Made by a program: the position numbers and the translations under genes
The notes under the pieces: generated by a model
What the model was told of the DNA's origin: nothing
Database searches by the model: none
The model's input: the letters and a program-made list of their open reading frames with translations, nothing else
In this document: positions 1-13,375 of the stretch, piece after piece
Position numbering within the stretch: position 1 is the first letter of the stretch
Layout of the letters: the number at the start of each line of letters is the position of its first letter
DNA from: Octopus vulgaris
Taxonomy: Eukaryota
Direction of reading: 5' to 3'
Length of the DNA: 64,000 bases
NCBI GenBank assembly: GCA_951406725.2
Contig: OX597837.1
Coordinates: 24,800,001-24,864,000, forward strand

Positions 1-508
1 TTAAAGGACATTTTAGCTTTAGCTGCTACAAGAAAGTAAGCAGAGTGACTGTGTTAAAAATGTTCCATTGTTGAATTGTTTAGAACCCTTTCTGCCAAGT
101 AATACTTGTGATAAGGGAGCCTCGACATCAGTGGTTTTAAACCAGGGTCCATATGACCTTTAGGGGTCCATATGACCTTTAGGGGTCCATATAAGATTTC
201 GTTAAAATTTCTGTGCAATAAATTGGTTTTACTTCTACAAAGCAAAATATTTTGACAATTTTTTTTTTCAATACAATTCCTGATAATATTTAATTATTAA
301 ATTTTTAAGCGTTTAATGATTATGGGGTTCCTCCTATTGATAAAAAAAATGGTTGGGAACAAATACCCTACGTTGTTATTTGACCTTGTAGAAATAGCAA
401 CTAAATCGCTTTCAAATCACACTCAACCATCTAAAAGACTATTGGCAGCACTAATTACTATTCTACCTACATGACGATGATGATAATGATTGTTGTAATT
501 AATTTTAG

Positions 509-567
509 GATCTGGAAGTCTTGCTGCGATGTCAGTGTTTGAAGAAAGATTCAAGACGAATATGACC
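509..567 (+). CDS. PSMB7: Proteasome subunit beta type-7, internal coding exon (upstream exons lie outside the window)
   Basis: ttttag|GA TCT GGA AGT CTT GCT GCG ATG TCA GTG TTT GAA GAA AGA TTC AAG ACG AAT ATG ACC|gtaagt = (G)SGSLAAMSVFEERFKTNMT, matching the beta2-subunit motif GSGSLAAMAVFE; canonical AG/GT; 59 nt. Confidence 0.95.
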
Positions 568-759
568 GTAAGTATTATTAGCACTGTTTTTCATCTCTGC
601 CTTAATAAGAAAAGGAATGACCTCTACGGAGTAATGGACAGGATGCTACTGAAGGGAGAGAAGAAAAGCAAGAGATGGTAGGGTGGGTGTGGGGAGGGGG
701 TAGAGTCAGCTGCATGTAGTAAGGTGGTGAGTGGCTTAGAGAAACAGTTGTTCAGTCTG

Positions 760-1335
760 AGAAATGCCTACTGCTAATTCAGAAGTATCTTGCCCAGGAT
801 ATTAATCGTCTGGAAACCGTTCAGCGATGTGCAACCAAGAGAATACCCTCCATCGGGCATTTGCCATATTCTGAACACCTTACTTCCCTGGGCATGGATA
901 CATCGAGACTCCGACGTCTGGCAGCTGACTTGGCAGACACCCATAAAATTATTAACCACCTTACAAACAATAACTCTGAGCACCTTTTCAAACTCCACCC
1001 GTCTAACACCCATGGACATATTTACAAAGTCAGAAAACAGCACAGCTCTCATGACTTTCGGAAACATTTTTTCACGCTAAGAGTTGCTGAAGCATGGAAC
1101 AAACTGCTGGCATCAGTTGTTAGTTGTCAGAGAACTGCATCTTTCAAAACTTCCATGCTTCCTGAGATTCACCAACACTACACCTGATTTTCTCCCCTCC
1201 ATACACACGCAAGCATGTATCTGACTCATACACTGTTCACTTCCCAGACATTTGTACATTACTGCATATGCTTTACACACACTTTTGACAAGTTGTGGTG
1301 CACCTGAGCACTGTATACAATAATTTCATTATTAT
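760..1335 (+). mobile_element. CR1-clade LINE, 5'-truncated 3' end (PSMB7 intron)
   Basis: ORF2 C-terminus LPYSEHLTSLGMDT..RLRRLAADL..THKII..GHIYKV..RKHFFTLRVAEAWNKL, then 3'UTR and (ATT)n tail; near-identical copies at ~7943-8290(+), ~33340-33610(+), ~50605-50980(-). Confidence 0.88.
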
Positions 1336-1825
1336 ATTCCAGCAATACTGTAATAGTATCCATCTGATCTCTACAAACATAGAAAAGTGGACGTTAAAAC
1401 AATGCAGACAATGATGATGATGATGACATGGCCAAATTCAACAAATTGCTCCCAATCCTTGTTAGAGTATCTCCATAAATGGGACAGGCTAGTTTGTGTT
1501 TGCATCAAGTCATATAATTTCTGATAATGAAGTCAAACCAAATAAGGATATTTGGAAAGCATTTAATATGTCTGTTTCAGATTTTGTATAATATATAATA
1601 GGAATATATATATATATATATAATGACTCAGGGTCTCCTTGGTGATGTCGTTTTGTTAAAATTTGAACATATTGACTGTGGCTCTTGAGCAAAGACCACA
1701 AACACATGCATGCATACATACATTCATACACACACACTCTACTAACTCAGTTATACACAAGAAAATATTTGTATGTGTTGGCAAAGATGTATATAGATCT
1801 GTTTATTACTTTTTGTCTTTAACAG

Positions 1826-1977
1826 TGTGATGAAGCGAAGAGATTAGTACAAGATGCTATTACTGCAGGTATCTTCAATGATCTTGGTTCCGGTAGTAAT
1901 GTTGATCTGTGTGTCATCACTAAAGATAAAGTTGATTATCTCCGCCCGTATGACCAGTGCAACAAGAAGGGTCAAAG
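1826..1977 (+). CDS. PSMB7: Proteasome subunit beta type-7, penultimate exon
   Basis: ctttaacag|...|gtaagt; [50 protein letters not shown](R) contains the diagnostic [18 protein letters not shown]; 152 nt, in frame with the previous exon. Confidence 0.97.
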
Positions 1978-3409
1978 GTAAGTTTCTGGCCAAATCTTCA
2001 CAGTGGCATTACAGTATCCTACTTGTCTCAGTCTGTACTACATAGACACTTACAGATGTCTTTCCTGCTGCAAGGTTGGTTGTTCTGATTCCAGTTGTAA
2101 AAAAACTTGTTCCAGTGGTCAGTAGATATCCAGGCAAGGCACAGAAAATTCATGAAGAAAAAACATACCATCTACCTCACTTGACTTGGTTAGAGAGAGA
2201 GAAGTGTAAATGCTAGACTAGTTTGGGTAATGCAACATTCTTCTTCAACATTTAACTTTACATGTTGACCACCTCTGTTGGCAGCATTGATTTCCTGTGG
2301 TCATTACCGATGGGAATATTATTCGAAATGAATTATCAGTTAACGAGCTTGTGTAAGTTTGAAATATTAATCTTTTCTCTGGAAGTTTTACTTTGAATGT
2401 TTAATTTACAGTCTTAAAGCTGGAGTCAAGTATAACATGTGGATTGTATATTAGTTAATGTGGGGAGGATGTTGGAAAAGGGGTGGGTGTCACACTGAAA
2501 ATTACGAGGATGAATTATAATTGTGTAACAAAATTATTATTATTTTTTAATTGCTTTTGTGTTTGGTATGTTATTTCCTATTTGCTTCTATCTAGAAATT
2601 AAAAGGAAATACACTCACGGAGTGGTTGACGTTAGGAAGGGCATCCAGCCGTAGAAACATTGCCAGATCAGACTGGGCCTGGTGCAGCCTTCTGGCTTCC
2701 CAGACCCCAGTTGAACCATCCAACCCATGCTAGCATGGAAAGCGGATGCTAAACGATGATGATGATGATGACTACTATTCCCTTCAAACTTTGCTTTTCT
2801 GACCTGGACATCAATGTTTTGAAACTGACCTTATTTTCTACGACACTTCAGACAGATTCAACACTGTGTTGCTGAAGCTAAAATATCATTGTAGCAAATA
2901 TTCAGCTCAGTACCACAGATTTGCTTAACAGTTGCTGTAAGAAACGCAAAGTTTGAGGAAATATTATCCATTATTCATACTTTCTAGGGATAAACAAATA
3001 TGAAATAATAGTTGCTGCCCAAAGACAGCATTTGTGTTACAGTGTTATCAGTGATAAAAATAGGTTACCTTCTCACAAAAGTACACAAGAAAAACATGTC
3101 AGGCCTTTTATTAAGTGTGGGTTGTACTTTCCCTCTAAATCTTAACAAAGACAGAAAGGTGTAAATGAGTCCTTTACCTTCCTCCTAACATTAAGATTTG
3201 AATAATTAGGGTGGTGAGGAAACCCATGAATTATCATTGAAATCTCATATTTATTTTGATCAGTAAAATAAAGCATCAACACTGTTGTACTTAAAGTGTG
3301 AAATAATGAGTATATAATAATAAAAATTTGTTGGTTGACTTTTTTCTATTTTAGCTGCAGTTGAACTAATTTAGACAGTGGTTTGATTAGTTTGAAATTA
3401 CATTTTAAT

Positions 3410-3772
3410 TGACCGTACCCCACCATCCGAGCGTGATCGTTGCCAGAGCAGCTAACTGGCTTCCGTACCCATGGCACGTACAAGCACACCATTCGAGTGT
3501 GATCGTTACCAACATCGCTTCACTGGCACGTGTAAAAAGATTCGAGCGAGGTCATTGCCAGTACCACCTGACTGGCCCCCGTGGCGGTGGCACGTAAAAA
3601 GCACCCACTACACTCTCGGAGTGGTTGGCATTAGGAAGGGCATCCAGCTGTAGAAACTCTGCCAGATCAAGATTGGAGCCTGGTGCAGCCATCTGGCTCG
3701 CCAGCCCTCAGTCAAAATCGTCCAATCCATGCTAGCCTGGAAAGCAAACGTTAAACAATGATGATGATGATG
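3410..3772 (+). mobile_element. SINE family C (GGAAGGGCATCCAGC body, (GAT)n tail)
   Basis: Dispersed repeat ending ..ACGTTAAACGATGATGAT with internal tandem GGTGGCACGTAAAAAGCACC units; other copies ~2610-2772, 25970-26102(-), 32541-32745(-), 32767-33100(-), 34440-34672, 36285-36637, 38075-38325(-), 39900-40200, 40460-40805, 49835-50165, 60740-60905. Confidence 0.85.
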
Positions 3773-3821
3773 TTGTTGAATAAATGGTGAACTCTAATTA
3801 GATTTTGTTCTGTTATTACAG

Positions 3822-3939
3822 GTCTGGAAATTATAAATATAACCGAGGCACTACAGCTATTCAATCTTCCAGTACCTGTAAGATTCCGATTGTGGTTTTG
3901 AAGAAGAAAGTTACTGGTGAAGAAATGGACACATCTTAA
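3822..3939 (+). CDS. PSMB7: Proteasome subunit beta type-7, last coding exon
   Basis: ttattacag|G completes the split AG|G codon; (R)SGNYKYNRGTTAIQSSSTCKIPIVVLKKKVTGEEMDTS* has the GTTA motif and the C-terminal MDTS of PSMB7; TAA at 3937-3939. Confidence 0.93.
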
Positions 3940-4004
3940 ATATTTCTCTTGTATATTTGCCACCTTCATTATTGAAACCTCTCATGTTTAATTTAGATCA
4001 ATTC

Positions 4005-4010
4005 AATAAA
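4005..4010 (+). terminator. Polyadenylation signal of PSMB7
   Basis: AATAAA 66 nt after the stop, followed by ATTAAA and a GT/T-rich tract (tcgtttctggtgtctttcc). Confidence 0.75.
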
Positions 4011-4251
4011 ACATTAAATTTCTTCTGAATTCGTTTCTGGTGTCTTTCCTTTATGAAATAGTTTGAAAGAATGGTTAAGGAACAAACTTGTGAGGCAAGA
4101 CTAATTCACATATAGAATGAATGATTAATGATTCAAAAACCTTAATTATTTCTCTTCACTCAATTCTCTACATGATTTACTTACCTCAGTCAAAACTGAT
4201 AAAACTTACTACTTGTATTTATTTCATAATTAACTGATTAGTAGATAATCA

Positions 4252-4466
4252 GGTGGTGATCTGGTAGAATCGTTAGCAGGCCGGGTGAAATGCTTAGCGG
4301 TATTTCGTCTGCTGCTACATTCTGAGTTCAAATTCCGCCAAGGTTGACTTTGCCTTTCATCCTTTCGGGGTCGATTAAATAAGTACCAGTTACGCACTGG
4401 GGTCGATATAATTGACTTAATCTGTTTGTCCCCTCTGTGTTTAGCCCCTTATGGGCAGTAAAGAAA
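4252..4466 (+). mobile_element. tRNA-derived SINE family B (Meta/MESC-like domain)
   Basis: B-box-like GAGTTCAAATTCC, body GCCTTTCATCCTTTCGGGGTCGAT..AAGTACC, AAAGAAATA end; TSD tagataatca at 4242-4251/4467-4476; other copies 11918-12137, ~21493-21716, ~27000-27137, ~36915-37120(-), ~53889-54108. Confidence 0.85.
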
Positions 4467-4920
4467 TAGATAATCAAACTGCTAAGAGATTAACAATATG
4501 TAAAAAAAAAAAAATAAGTAAATGGATCAAATGATATATACTGATAAGGTAATTCCATTAAATAAAACCATAAAACAACCATGCGTTTGAAAACAACAAA
4601 AACAATTGGACATTCAAATTGACCTGAGCTGACATCTACATTTTCACAACACAAATGATTTAGTGCATCCATATATACACAAACACACACATATGTACTC
4701 TCTCTTCTTTACTCTACCATCCCATCTATGCTCTGATCCTTGTTACTTGTGAGTATACCCTGGCACTTCACCACCATCTCTCTCCTGCTCTCTCGCACGT
4801 TTGCTGTTTCCCACTCTCTCTTTTCCTTGCTCTTCCCTCTGCCTGGGTAGCAATTTATCTCCTCCTCCTCCGCAGCACCTGTTTCTGCCCTCATTCTTTA
4901 TCACTCTCTCTTGCTTTTCC

Positions 4921-5364
4921 TGTAATGATATGCATAAGATCTGGTCATCAAATCTAAATAGAGATTTCAGACTTGAAATCTTCAAAACCACAGTCGAACC
5001 AGTTCTACTATATGGCTCAGAAACCTGGACGTTATCAAAGAAGCTTGAGAGGCGGTTGGATGGAACTTACACTTGCCTCCTTATGAGAGCTCAAAATCTC
5101 TTGTGGAAGCGTCATCCGACCAAAGTACAAATATATGGGAAACTACCACCTGTATCATCTCTTGTGAAAGGCAGGAGAGTCCAGTTTGCTGGACATTGTT
5201 GTAGAGCTGAAAACGAGGCAATTTCTACTCTTCTCCTCTGGAAGCCATCTACTCGTGATACCAGAGGGCGCACACTCTCCTACCATGATGTAATCTCCAG
5301 GGAAGTCTGGCGTAGCATAGTAAATTCCATTGTCTCGACCACGGTCAAACAATGATGATGATGA
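4921..5364 (+). mobile_element. RTE-clade LINE 3' fragment
   Basis: FKTTVEPVLLYGSETWTLSKKLERRLDG..VQFAGHCCR (RTE C-terminal motifs), (TGA)n tail, TSD tgcttttcc on both sides; lacks 48 nt relative to the copy at ~55730-56218. Confidence 0.9.
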
Positions 5365-6414
5365 TGCTTTTCCCTCTGGCTAGGTAACCAAGTATCTCCT
5401 TTACATCAGCACACCTGTTTCTGCCCTCTCTCTACTGCTCTCTTCCTCTCACTCTCCCATCTCTTTCTCTCTCTCTCTCTCTGGCCTGGTAATCACATAC
5501 CTCCTTCCTCTATAGCAAGACACCTGTTTCTGTCTCTGTCACACACTAACCTTTCATCATCTGACACAAGATCCTCTCTCAAAATTCCTTGTCTTGCAAG
5601 TTACTTGGTGACCCTGCTAGTGCTGGTGCCACATAAAAAGCATCCAGTCCACACTGTAAAGTGGCTGGCATTTGGAAGGACATCCAGCTGTAAAAATCTT
5701 GCCTAAAACTGACCTCACCTGTGTTGGTGCTACGTAAAAAAGCACTGTCCACTATGTGGAGTGGTTGGTGTTAGGAAGGGCATCAAGCTGTAAAGACCCT
5801 GCCAAAAGAGACAGTAAAGCCTGGGGTAGTCTTCTACCTGGTCGGCTCCTGTCCTGTCCATGCATGCATAGAAGACAGACAATATACAAATAATTATACT
5901 CACTCGTAAACCTTACCTGTGTAGACTATTCTTTTACTTGTTTGTCACTTGACTGCAGCCATGCTGGAGCATCACCTTGGCGAGTTTTTTAGTAACACAA
6001 AGCAAGCCTAGTACTTATTCTATCGGTTACTTTTGCTGAACTGCTAAGTTAAGGGGATGTAAACACAACAACACCAGTTGTCAAGTAGTGATGGAGAGGA
6101 CACAAAGACACACACACACACATATATATATATATGTATAGTTGAAACCAAAAGATGACGACAGGTGTATTAGTTTGATGCTCGTGAAGGTGAGAAAGCC
6201 TTTTACATTTTGTAGTTCATCCATTGCTTGGATAATTCAGCTTGGGCCATCGTTGGTTACATGTTCCTTGTTATATTAATTATCCTCTGGTTAAAATGGC
6301 AAGAATCCACATAACTCACCTTGATGAAAAAATCTCACTCTCCTGACTCATAATTAATTGATTTGTCACACCAATTTATGGAAAAAAAGGAGGCTCCAGA
6401 GCACATACAGATTA

Positions 6415-6909
6415 CCGTAAATCCTCAAGTATAATACACAGGGGATTTTTAGGGGGCTGTACCTCTGAAAAACCTAAACCTTACATATAATACACACCCC
6501 TTCTCTAATTTGAGTCAAGGAGGTCTGTATAACGTCCTTGGTTTGTAAAAATGTATATGGTAATGTCCTTTATTATTATTGTATATATAAAATAATGCAA
6601 ACGTGTAGCTTTTTTGTGCATTTTGTTTGCAGAAAATAAAGAAATAACAATAATAACGTTTAATAAATGTTGCTTACTGCAAGTTATGGATGATTCTTTT
6701 ATGACTTCATTGCTTTCAGGCTTAGCTTAAGGTATTTTCTCGCCCGACATCACAAAATGCGTCTGAATAAACCTTGCAGGACAGCAAATAGAAACTTGGA
6801 TATTGCTTAGAAAATATTTTTCATTTTTAATCTCGTATATAGTACGCACTAGGGATTTTGACCTTTAAATATTGGAGAAAAAATGCAGATTATACTCGAG
6901 GATTTACTG
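6415..6909. mobile_element. Tc2/pogo-type non-autonomous DNA transposon
   Basis: TA|CCGTAAATCCTCAAGTATAAT ... ATTATACTCGAGGATTTACTG|TA: ~21-bp TIRs with 2 mismatches, TA TSD. Confidence 0.8.
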
Positions 6910-8769
6910 TAGTTGTTTGAGAATGTATTATGCACAACATGATTGGACCTTCAATCCAATTCTCATGCAACACTCAACCAATCACAACACAAGACTCAAC
7001 AAATGTCCAAACTCTCACATGATAAGTATGTTGACCAATCACTACAGATTAATGTGCTGACCCTATATAAATCTAATGTCTTTGATATGCCATAATAGAA
7101 ACTGGTCTCGCTACAGAACCATTCAGAACTCTTCACCTCATTTCTCTTGTAATGAAGAGCTTTGTTCAAAGCATTGGAATTCATTGGACTTCATGGTACA
7201 CAGATATTTTCAATTTTTAAAACATTCTACCATTTTGATACCAACCTGCCTGAATCCACCCTTGATTCTATGATACAAGCCTTTGTTTTTAAAGTAATCC
7301 AAGTTAAAATCTTCCACCAAAATTTCAGGTTAATTTATGTTCCAAACTCTGTTTTGATAATGACAGCTTTTTGAGTAAAAATTTTTCATTATTTCTAAAA
7401 TTAATTGAAAAAAAAATTGGCATATTTCAACAGAAATATGGGAAAAAAAGGGTCAAACAACAAAGATTTAACAGGCAGTCATGGCTGTGTGGTAAGAAGC
7501 TTGCTTCCAAACCACATGGTTTTGAGTTCAGTCCCACTGTGACACAAGTGTCTTCTACTATATCCTTAGGCTGACCAAAGCCTTGTGAATGGCTTTGGTA
7601 GATGGAAACTGAAAGAAGTCCGTCATGCATATGTGTGTATTGTGTGTGTGTCCTGCCATCACTTGATAACTGATGCTGGTGTGTTTATGTTCCAGTAACC
7701 TAGTGGTTTGGCAGAAGAGACTGATAGAATAAGTACTAAGCTTACAAAGAATAAGTCCTGTGGTCGATTTCTTCAACTAAAATCCTATCAGGCAGTGCTC
7801 CATTATGGCCGCAGTTGAAGAAGGAATAAAAGAATGTAAAAGTGTATGAATGAATGTTTCAAGTTCTAGGCTGCCGTTTTGGACTTCATTTACTGAAATT
7901 TCACATTTTTTCAAGCAGAAAATATTTGACAATGCAACTTTCTCTAACACCCATGGACATATTTACAAAGTCAGAAAACAGTACAGCTCCCATGACTTTA
8001 GGAAACATTTTTTCATGCTGAGAGTTTCTGAAGCATGGAACAAGCTGCCGGCATCAGTTGTTAGTTGTTTGAGCACTGCCTCCTTCAAAACTTCCATGCT
8101 TCCTGAGATTCGCCAACACTACACCTGATTTTCTTCCCTCCATACACACGCAAGCATGTATCTGGCTCATACACTGTTCACTTTCCAGACATTTGTACAT
8201 TACTGCATATACTTTATATACACTTTTGACAAGTTGTGGTGCACCTGAGCACTGTATACAATAATTTCATTATTATTATTATTATTATTTTCAATACTTT
8301 TCTAAAACAGAACTACTTGAATGCAACAGTTCAGAGTCTATAAAGATTCTTGCCCCAAATACAGAATATCAGCCAAATTTTAAAGCACAAATTCGACACT
8401 CTTCACCTCATTTCTCTTGTAATGAAGAGTTTTGCTCAAAGCATTGGAATTCATTGGATTTCCTGGCACACAGACATATTCAAAAATATTGTGAATTCTT
8501 GTGATTATATTTCTTTTGGATATTAATAAATGTCAGTAAGGTTGGGTTACCAAATAAAAATTGATGTGATGTTGATAATGACTAACTTGACAAACCTTGA
8601 ATTGAGATAACAGAAGCTTGTGGTTTTTTTCTTTAAATATCTTAATACTACAATCATACCTGCATACACAGGTGCATACCAATCTGTATCATAATTATTT
8701 TAACTAATTACCCCTAACTTTTATTTAACTTCTCTGTCTCGTGCCATTGTATTCTCATCTTCATTATTC

Positions 8770-9163
8770 TTTTATTCTTTTACTTGTTTCAGTCATTTGA
8801 CTGTGACCATGCTGGAGCACCGCCTTTAGTCGACCAAATCGACCCCAGGACTTATTCTTTGTCAGCCTAGTACTTATTCTATCGGTCTCTTAAACCGAAG
8901 CGCTAAGTTACGGGGACGTAAACGCACCAGCATCGATTGTCAAGCGATTTTGGTGGAGACAAACACAGACACATAAACATATATACACACATACATGTAT
9001 ATACATATATACGACGGGCTTCTTCCAGTTTTCGTCTACCAAATCCACTCTCAAGACATTGGTCGGCCCGAGGCTACAGTAGAAGACACTTGCCCAAGGT
9101 GCTACGCAGTGGGACTGAACCCAGAACCATATGGTGGGTAAGCAAGCTACTTACCACACAGCC
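8770..9163 (-). mobile_element. tRNA-derived SINE family A (octopus-type, AAAAGAGT tail)
   Basis: Head GGCTGTGTGGTAAG..GGTTCAGTCCC, CORE-like CCTTGGGCAAGTG, internal TA/TG microsatellite; at least 12 copies, e.g. ~7474-7835, 21185-21960 (interrupted), 33850-34260, 46731-47160, 49040-49447(-), 56581-56970, 58973-59282, 62915-63327. Confidence 0.88.
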
Positions 9164-10845
9164 ATCATCCCTTTCTCTTTTCTTCCTTCAATGCTTTACA
9201 CTATTAATGTTGCAAAGACGGTATTATGTAATGTTTCAATATGTTGTGTTGTGTCAGTCAAAAGACATTATTTTAGACTACCAATCTATCTGAATCAATA
9301 ACAACATTAGTCTTCCAACGTTTTATCTCTGAATTCAAGATAATTCTACCTTGCATCTCTCACAGGGATGAGATGATTTTTTACCTTACATCTCACAGGG
9401 TCAATAAAATATGAAGCAGTAATGGAATTGATTCAATTGTCTAGAGAGATAAACATCTCGCTCTCCCTCCGCCAAATTTGATGAGAAGCCAAAGCAGAAG
9501 ATCAATATTGACAACATTCAATAGAAATTCACTTCCACCATTAATGATTTCTGCAAAAATATTTTAATAAACAGAAAGCGCTAGCTTTTATCCTTTGTGA
9601 GCAAATAACTCAGACATGTCATCAACATGAAAGCAAATTGTTTCGGTGATTTTTCCTGGCTTTTATCATTGGATAGTGGCCATGATACAACAGCACTTTC
9701 TTTAAGATCATATCATCTCCAAAACTTATTTCAGTCTCATTCATTTTTTTTCAATCTCCGTTTGTCATACTGTTACAAAACTCAGCAGAAATAATTACGC
9801 AATGAGGGATAAACATTCTTAATCAAAGACCGATATTACTTTCATTTTATTTTTGGCGATATAGGGGAGACAACTCTGGGAATGAGTGAATCTTAGAACC
9901 TTGTGGACAGTTATTTGGTAATGAATGAATGATTATAGCACAATATTGATAACTGAAGCTCATTTACAGTAATTTAGAATTTGAAGGACTGTTTAGTATT
10001 GGCTGATAGTTATTATTTGTTGATCTTAAATGTCAAAATAATTAAGAATATTTCAAATAACAGTTCTAGGAATATTCAATGTAAACATTTTGGCCGCAGG
10101 AAAACTCGCTGTATGGAAACTTTGTTGTATAAGAAATTTCACAATATAGATAATTTCACCATATAGATCAATTCAAAGATATGGCAAGCAACCTGATTTA
10201 GAGAAATTGCAGCTCTGAAAAAAATTGCTTTTTAAATATATATATATATATTTTTTTTTATAATTCTGTTTTAGATTTAACTGATTTTTGTTTTTTTGTT
10301 TTTGTTCTTTGTAAATGTTATCATATTTATATTGTTATTACTTTTTATATAAGCAGAATTTTTTTTTTTTGAAAATATCTTTTGCACCCAACACCCCACC
10401 CCGTAGCTTTGCCCTAATAATATAATAGATACATTGTGGTTGAAACAATAACATACCAAGGGGGCAATTCTTCATTTTTTTCAGTGAAATTGTCTCACAG
10501 CAAAATTTCCTATGCAGTGAACTTTCCTACGGTTAAAAATCCTTAGGTGAATTTTCCTGCGGCAAAAATGTCTGTGGCAAACTTTCCAGAAACGTCAAAT
10601 AACCACTCCCAAAATATCCCCTTTCCAAAACCCAAGGAAACAAATTCAACTCCTCATTTTTTTTTCAACTAACTTGCATTCTTTTATTCATTTATTTGTT
10701 TCAGTCATTTGACTGTGGCCATGCTGGAGCACCACCTTTAGTCAAGCAAATCGACCCTAGAAATTATTCTTTGTAAGCCTAGTACTTATTCTCAAGCAAT
10801 GTTGGGGAGGGGGTGCAGACACAGACACACAAACATGTACATACA

Positions 10846-11084
<239 letters not shown>

Positions 11085-11159
11085 GCTTCTTTCAGTTTCC
11101 ATCTACCAAATCCACTCACAAGGCTTGGTTGGCCCAAGACTATAGTAGAAGACCAGTCT

Positions 11160-12592
11160 ATCTCTTGCAAGGGGGCATCATAACTCTCATCACAACACAG
11201 GCTAATTCCCAAGAGCATTGAACTGCTAGAAGAGGCCGTGATAGCATCATTGCAGTCAGAAAATGGATGAAGAAGTATTGTGTTTAATATAATCCAGGAA
11301 CTGCCAGTGACAGGGCATGATATAGAGGACAGTGCAGAGAATTTGGAAGGAGTTGGATGAGTCTAATGGTGATTACAAAGGTACAGCAGCTTAGAAAACT
11401 CACCCTGATTGTTCTGATAAGAAAAGAATTTGCTGGGGAGATCCAGGCCATGATTGACAACGATCCCTCCAAGTCAATCAGATCCATTGCTATGGACATG
11501 GAAGTATCTGAGCTTCTTATCAGGCAAGTAATGCATAAAGACATTCGGTATTCCTCATACAAGACAAGAAAGGGCCAATTTTTATCCCAAGCCATTGAGG
11601 AAAAGAAGAAAGGCTACACTACAAAGCTTCTGAACAAACTCAAGCATCCCCTCCAACCGAAGATGCTTTGGTTTTTCTCAGACGAGAAAAATTTCTGCCA
11701 GAATCAGATGGTGAACACAGAGAACAACTGTTGGCTTGTCATGTTCCCAAAACATGTACCAAGAGTGATAAAAATCAAACATCTGGTCAACATCATGGTG
11801 TTTGGAGTGATCACTAGTGATGGCAAAGTAATGCCTCCATTCATCTTCCCACACAGCCTCACACTCAACATGGAGACCTACATCAAGTGTCTGGAGGAGG
11901 TGGTATTGCTCTGAGTCTGGCAGAAACGTTAGCACGCCGGGCGAAATGCTTAGCGGTATTTCGTCTGCGTTACGCTGTGAGTTCAAATTCCGCTGAGGTC
12001 GACTTTGCCTTTCATCCTTTCGGGGTCGATAAATTAAGTACCAGTTATGCACTGGGGTCAATGTAATCGACTTAATACCTATGTCTGTCCTTGTTTGTCC
12101 CCTCTGTGTTTAGCCCCTTGTGGGTAATAAAGAAATAGGTATTGCTCTGAGTCAAGAGGGTGGCTGCTGGAAGACCTTATTGTCTTGCAACAGGACTCTG
12201 CACCATGTCACACAAGCTGGAGAACCCAGTCATGGCTATCAGACAATTTCTGCAACCACATCACCCCTAACATCTCGCCCCCTAACTCACCACACTGCAA
12301 CCTCGTATAGTACAGTTGAGTGAGAGACCAACAAAACTCCTTTGAACTGCAGGCAAGGATTATGGCAGCATTCACCAACTTAAACAAGGAGACAATCCAG
12401 AAGAGTTGCAGGAGAATCTGAAGTCGTCTGGAAGCCATGGTTGAAGCCAATGGTGATTTTATTGAATAAATTTACTCTTCAGTATTTCCAGATATTTTTA
12501 TGTAATTTTGTTAAATATATATCTGTTAAAATGTCAGTGTTGTTTTCATTTCTGCGAAGTGATTTAGATGACAATCTATTCACTGCACCCTG
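11160..12592 (+). mobile_element. Decayed maT (DD37D) Tc1/mariner-superfamily transposon, interrupted by a SINE
   Basis: WFFSDEKNF..MVFGVITSDG..MPPFIFP..YIKCLEEVVL, resuming after the SINE as QQDSAPCHT..PNISPPNSPHCNP and SRLEAMVEANGDFIE*; QQD-to-NP spacing fits DD37D; right end CACCCTG|TA; stops and frameshifts present. Confidence 0.88.
11918..12137 (+). mobile_element. SINE family B inserted in the maT transposase
   Basis: 16-bp TSD GGTATTGCTCTGAGTC at 11902-11917 and 12138-12153. Confidence 0.93.
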
Positions 12593-12641
<49 letters not shown>

Positions 12642-12666
12642 TTTATTTAAAGCAGCAGAAAATTCA

Positions 12667-12718
12667 ACAAAATCTGTTACTCTGAGTTTCTCGTTGCCGT
12701 TCATCAGACAGTTTTTGC
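12667..12718 (-). ncRNA. Minimal type I hammerhead ribozyme motif
   Basis: Minus strand GCAAAAACUGU-CUGAUGA-A CG GCAA CG A-GAA-ACUC A GAGU-A^ACAGAUUUUGU: intact core, GUA triplet, stem I 10 of 11 bp paired, palindromic stem III. Confidence 0.65.
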
Positions 12719-13375
12719 TAGAATGGAACCGATATATCAATTCAATCTAGACTCTTACAAACGCTACACCTTTAAAAAATATATATATTTATAAGTAAGG
12801 GCAAAAGAAAAAAATTTCAATGCCAAAATATGCTGAAAATAGACACATATTTTGACATTAGAAATTTTTTCTTTTGCCCTTACTTATAAATTGTTGATGA
12901 ATTTAACCTTTAAAGGTATTTTTTAATATGCTGGCCACTGATTAGAATTTTTTTTCGAAAAACTTTTATCCTGCATTAGATATATGTATATTTTTCACCG
13001 GAATAGTTCAATACTGAATTTTTATTCCGACTAGACAATTTGTTACCGAAATGCATTGCGAATAAGCCTGCCATTTTCATAGATATGTAAAGATAAACAT
13101 TCGTACATGCTACGATGAATTCTACGGTTGGCTATCGAGCTTGTAATGTTATGTTTTCTCTTATATTTCTTGAGTTTGTTGCACTGATGAACATGAAATG
13201 CATATTCTGCATTAAATGCGAAATCACATGTGATATGTAACTGAATTCTTTTTTAAAATGATGTGTTTTGAAGTTTTGCGTTCGGTAAAATTTTGTTTAT
13301 TTTTAGTAGTTTTGACCGCATTGGTCCCTCTTAGCGTGTTGGTATCTACGAATAGTAGTACCCTCAATATAATAT

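Noticed and set aside
1854-2045. Listed 63-aa ORF
   Set aside because: Out-of-frame overlap with the real PSMB7 exon.
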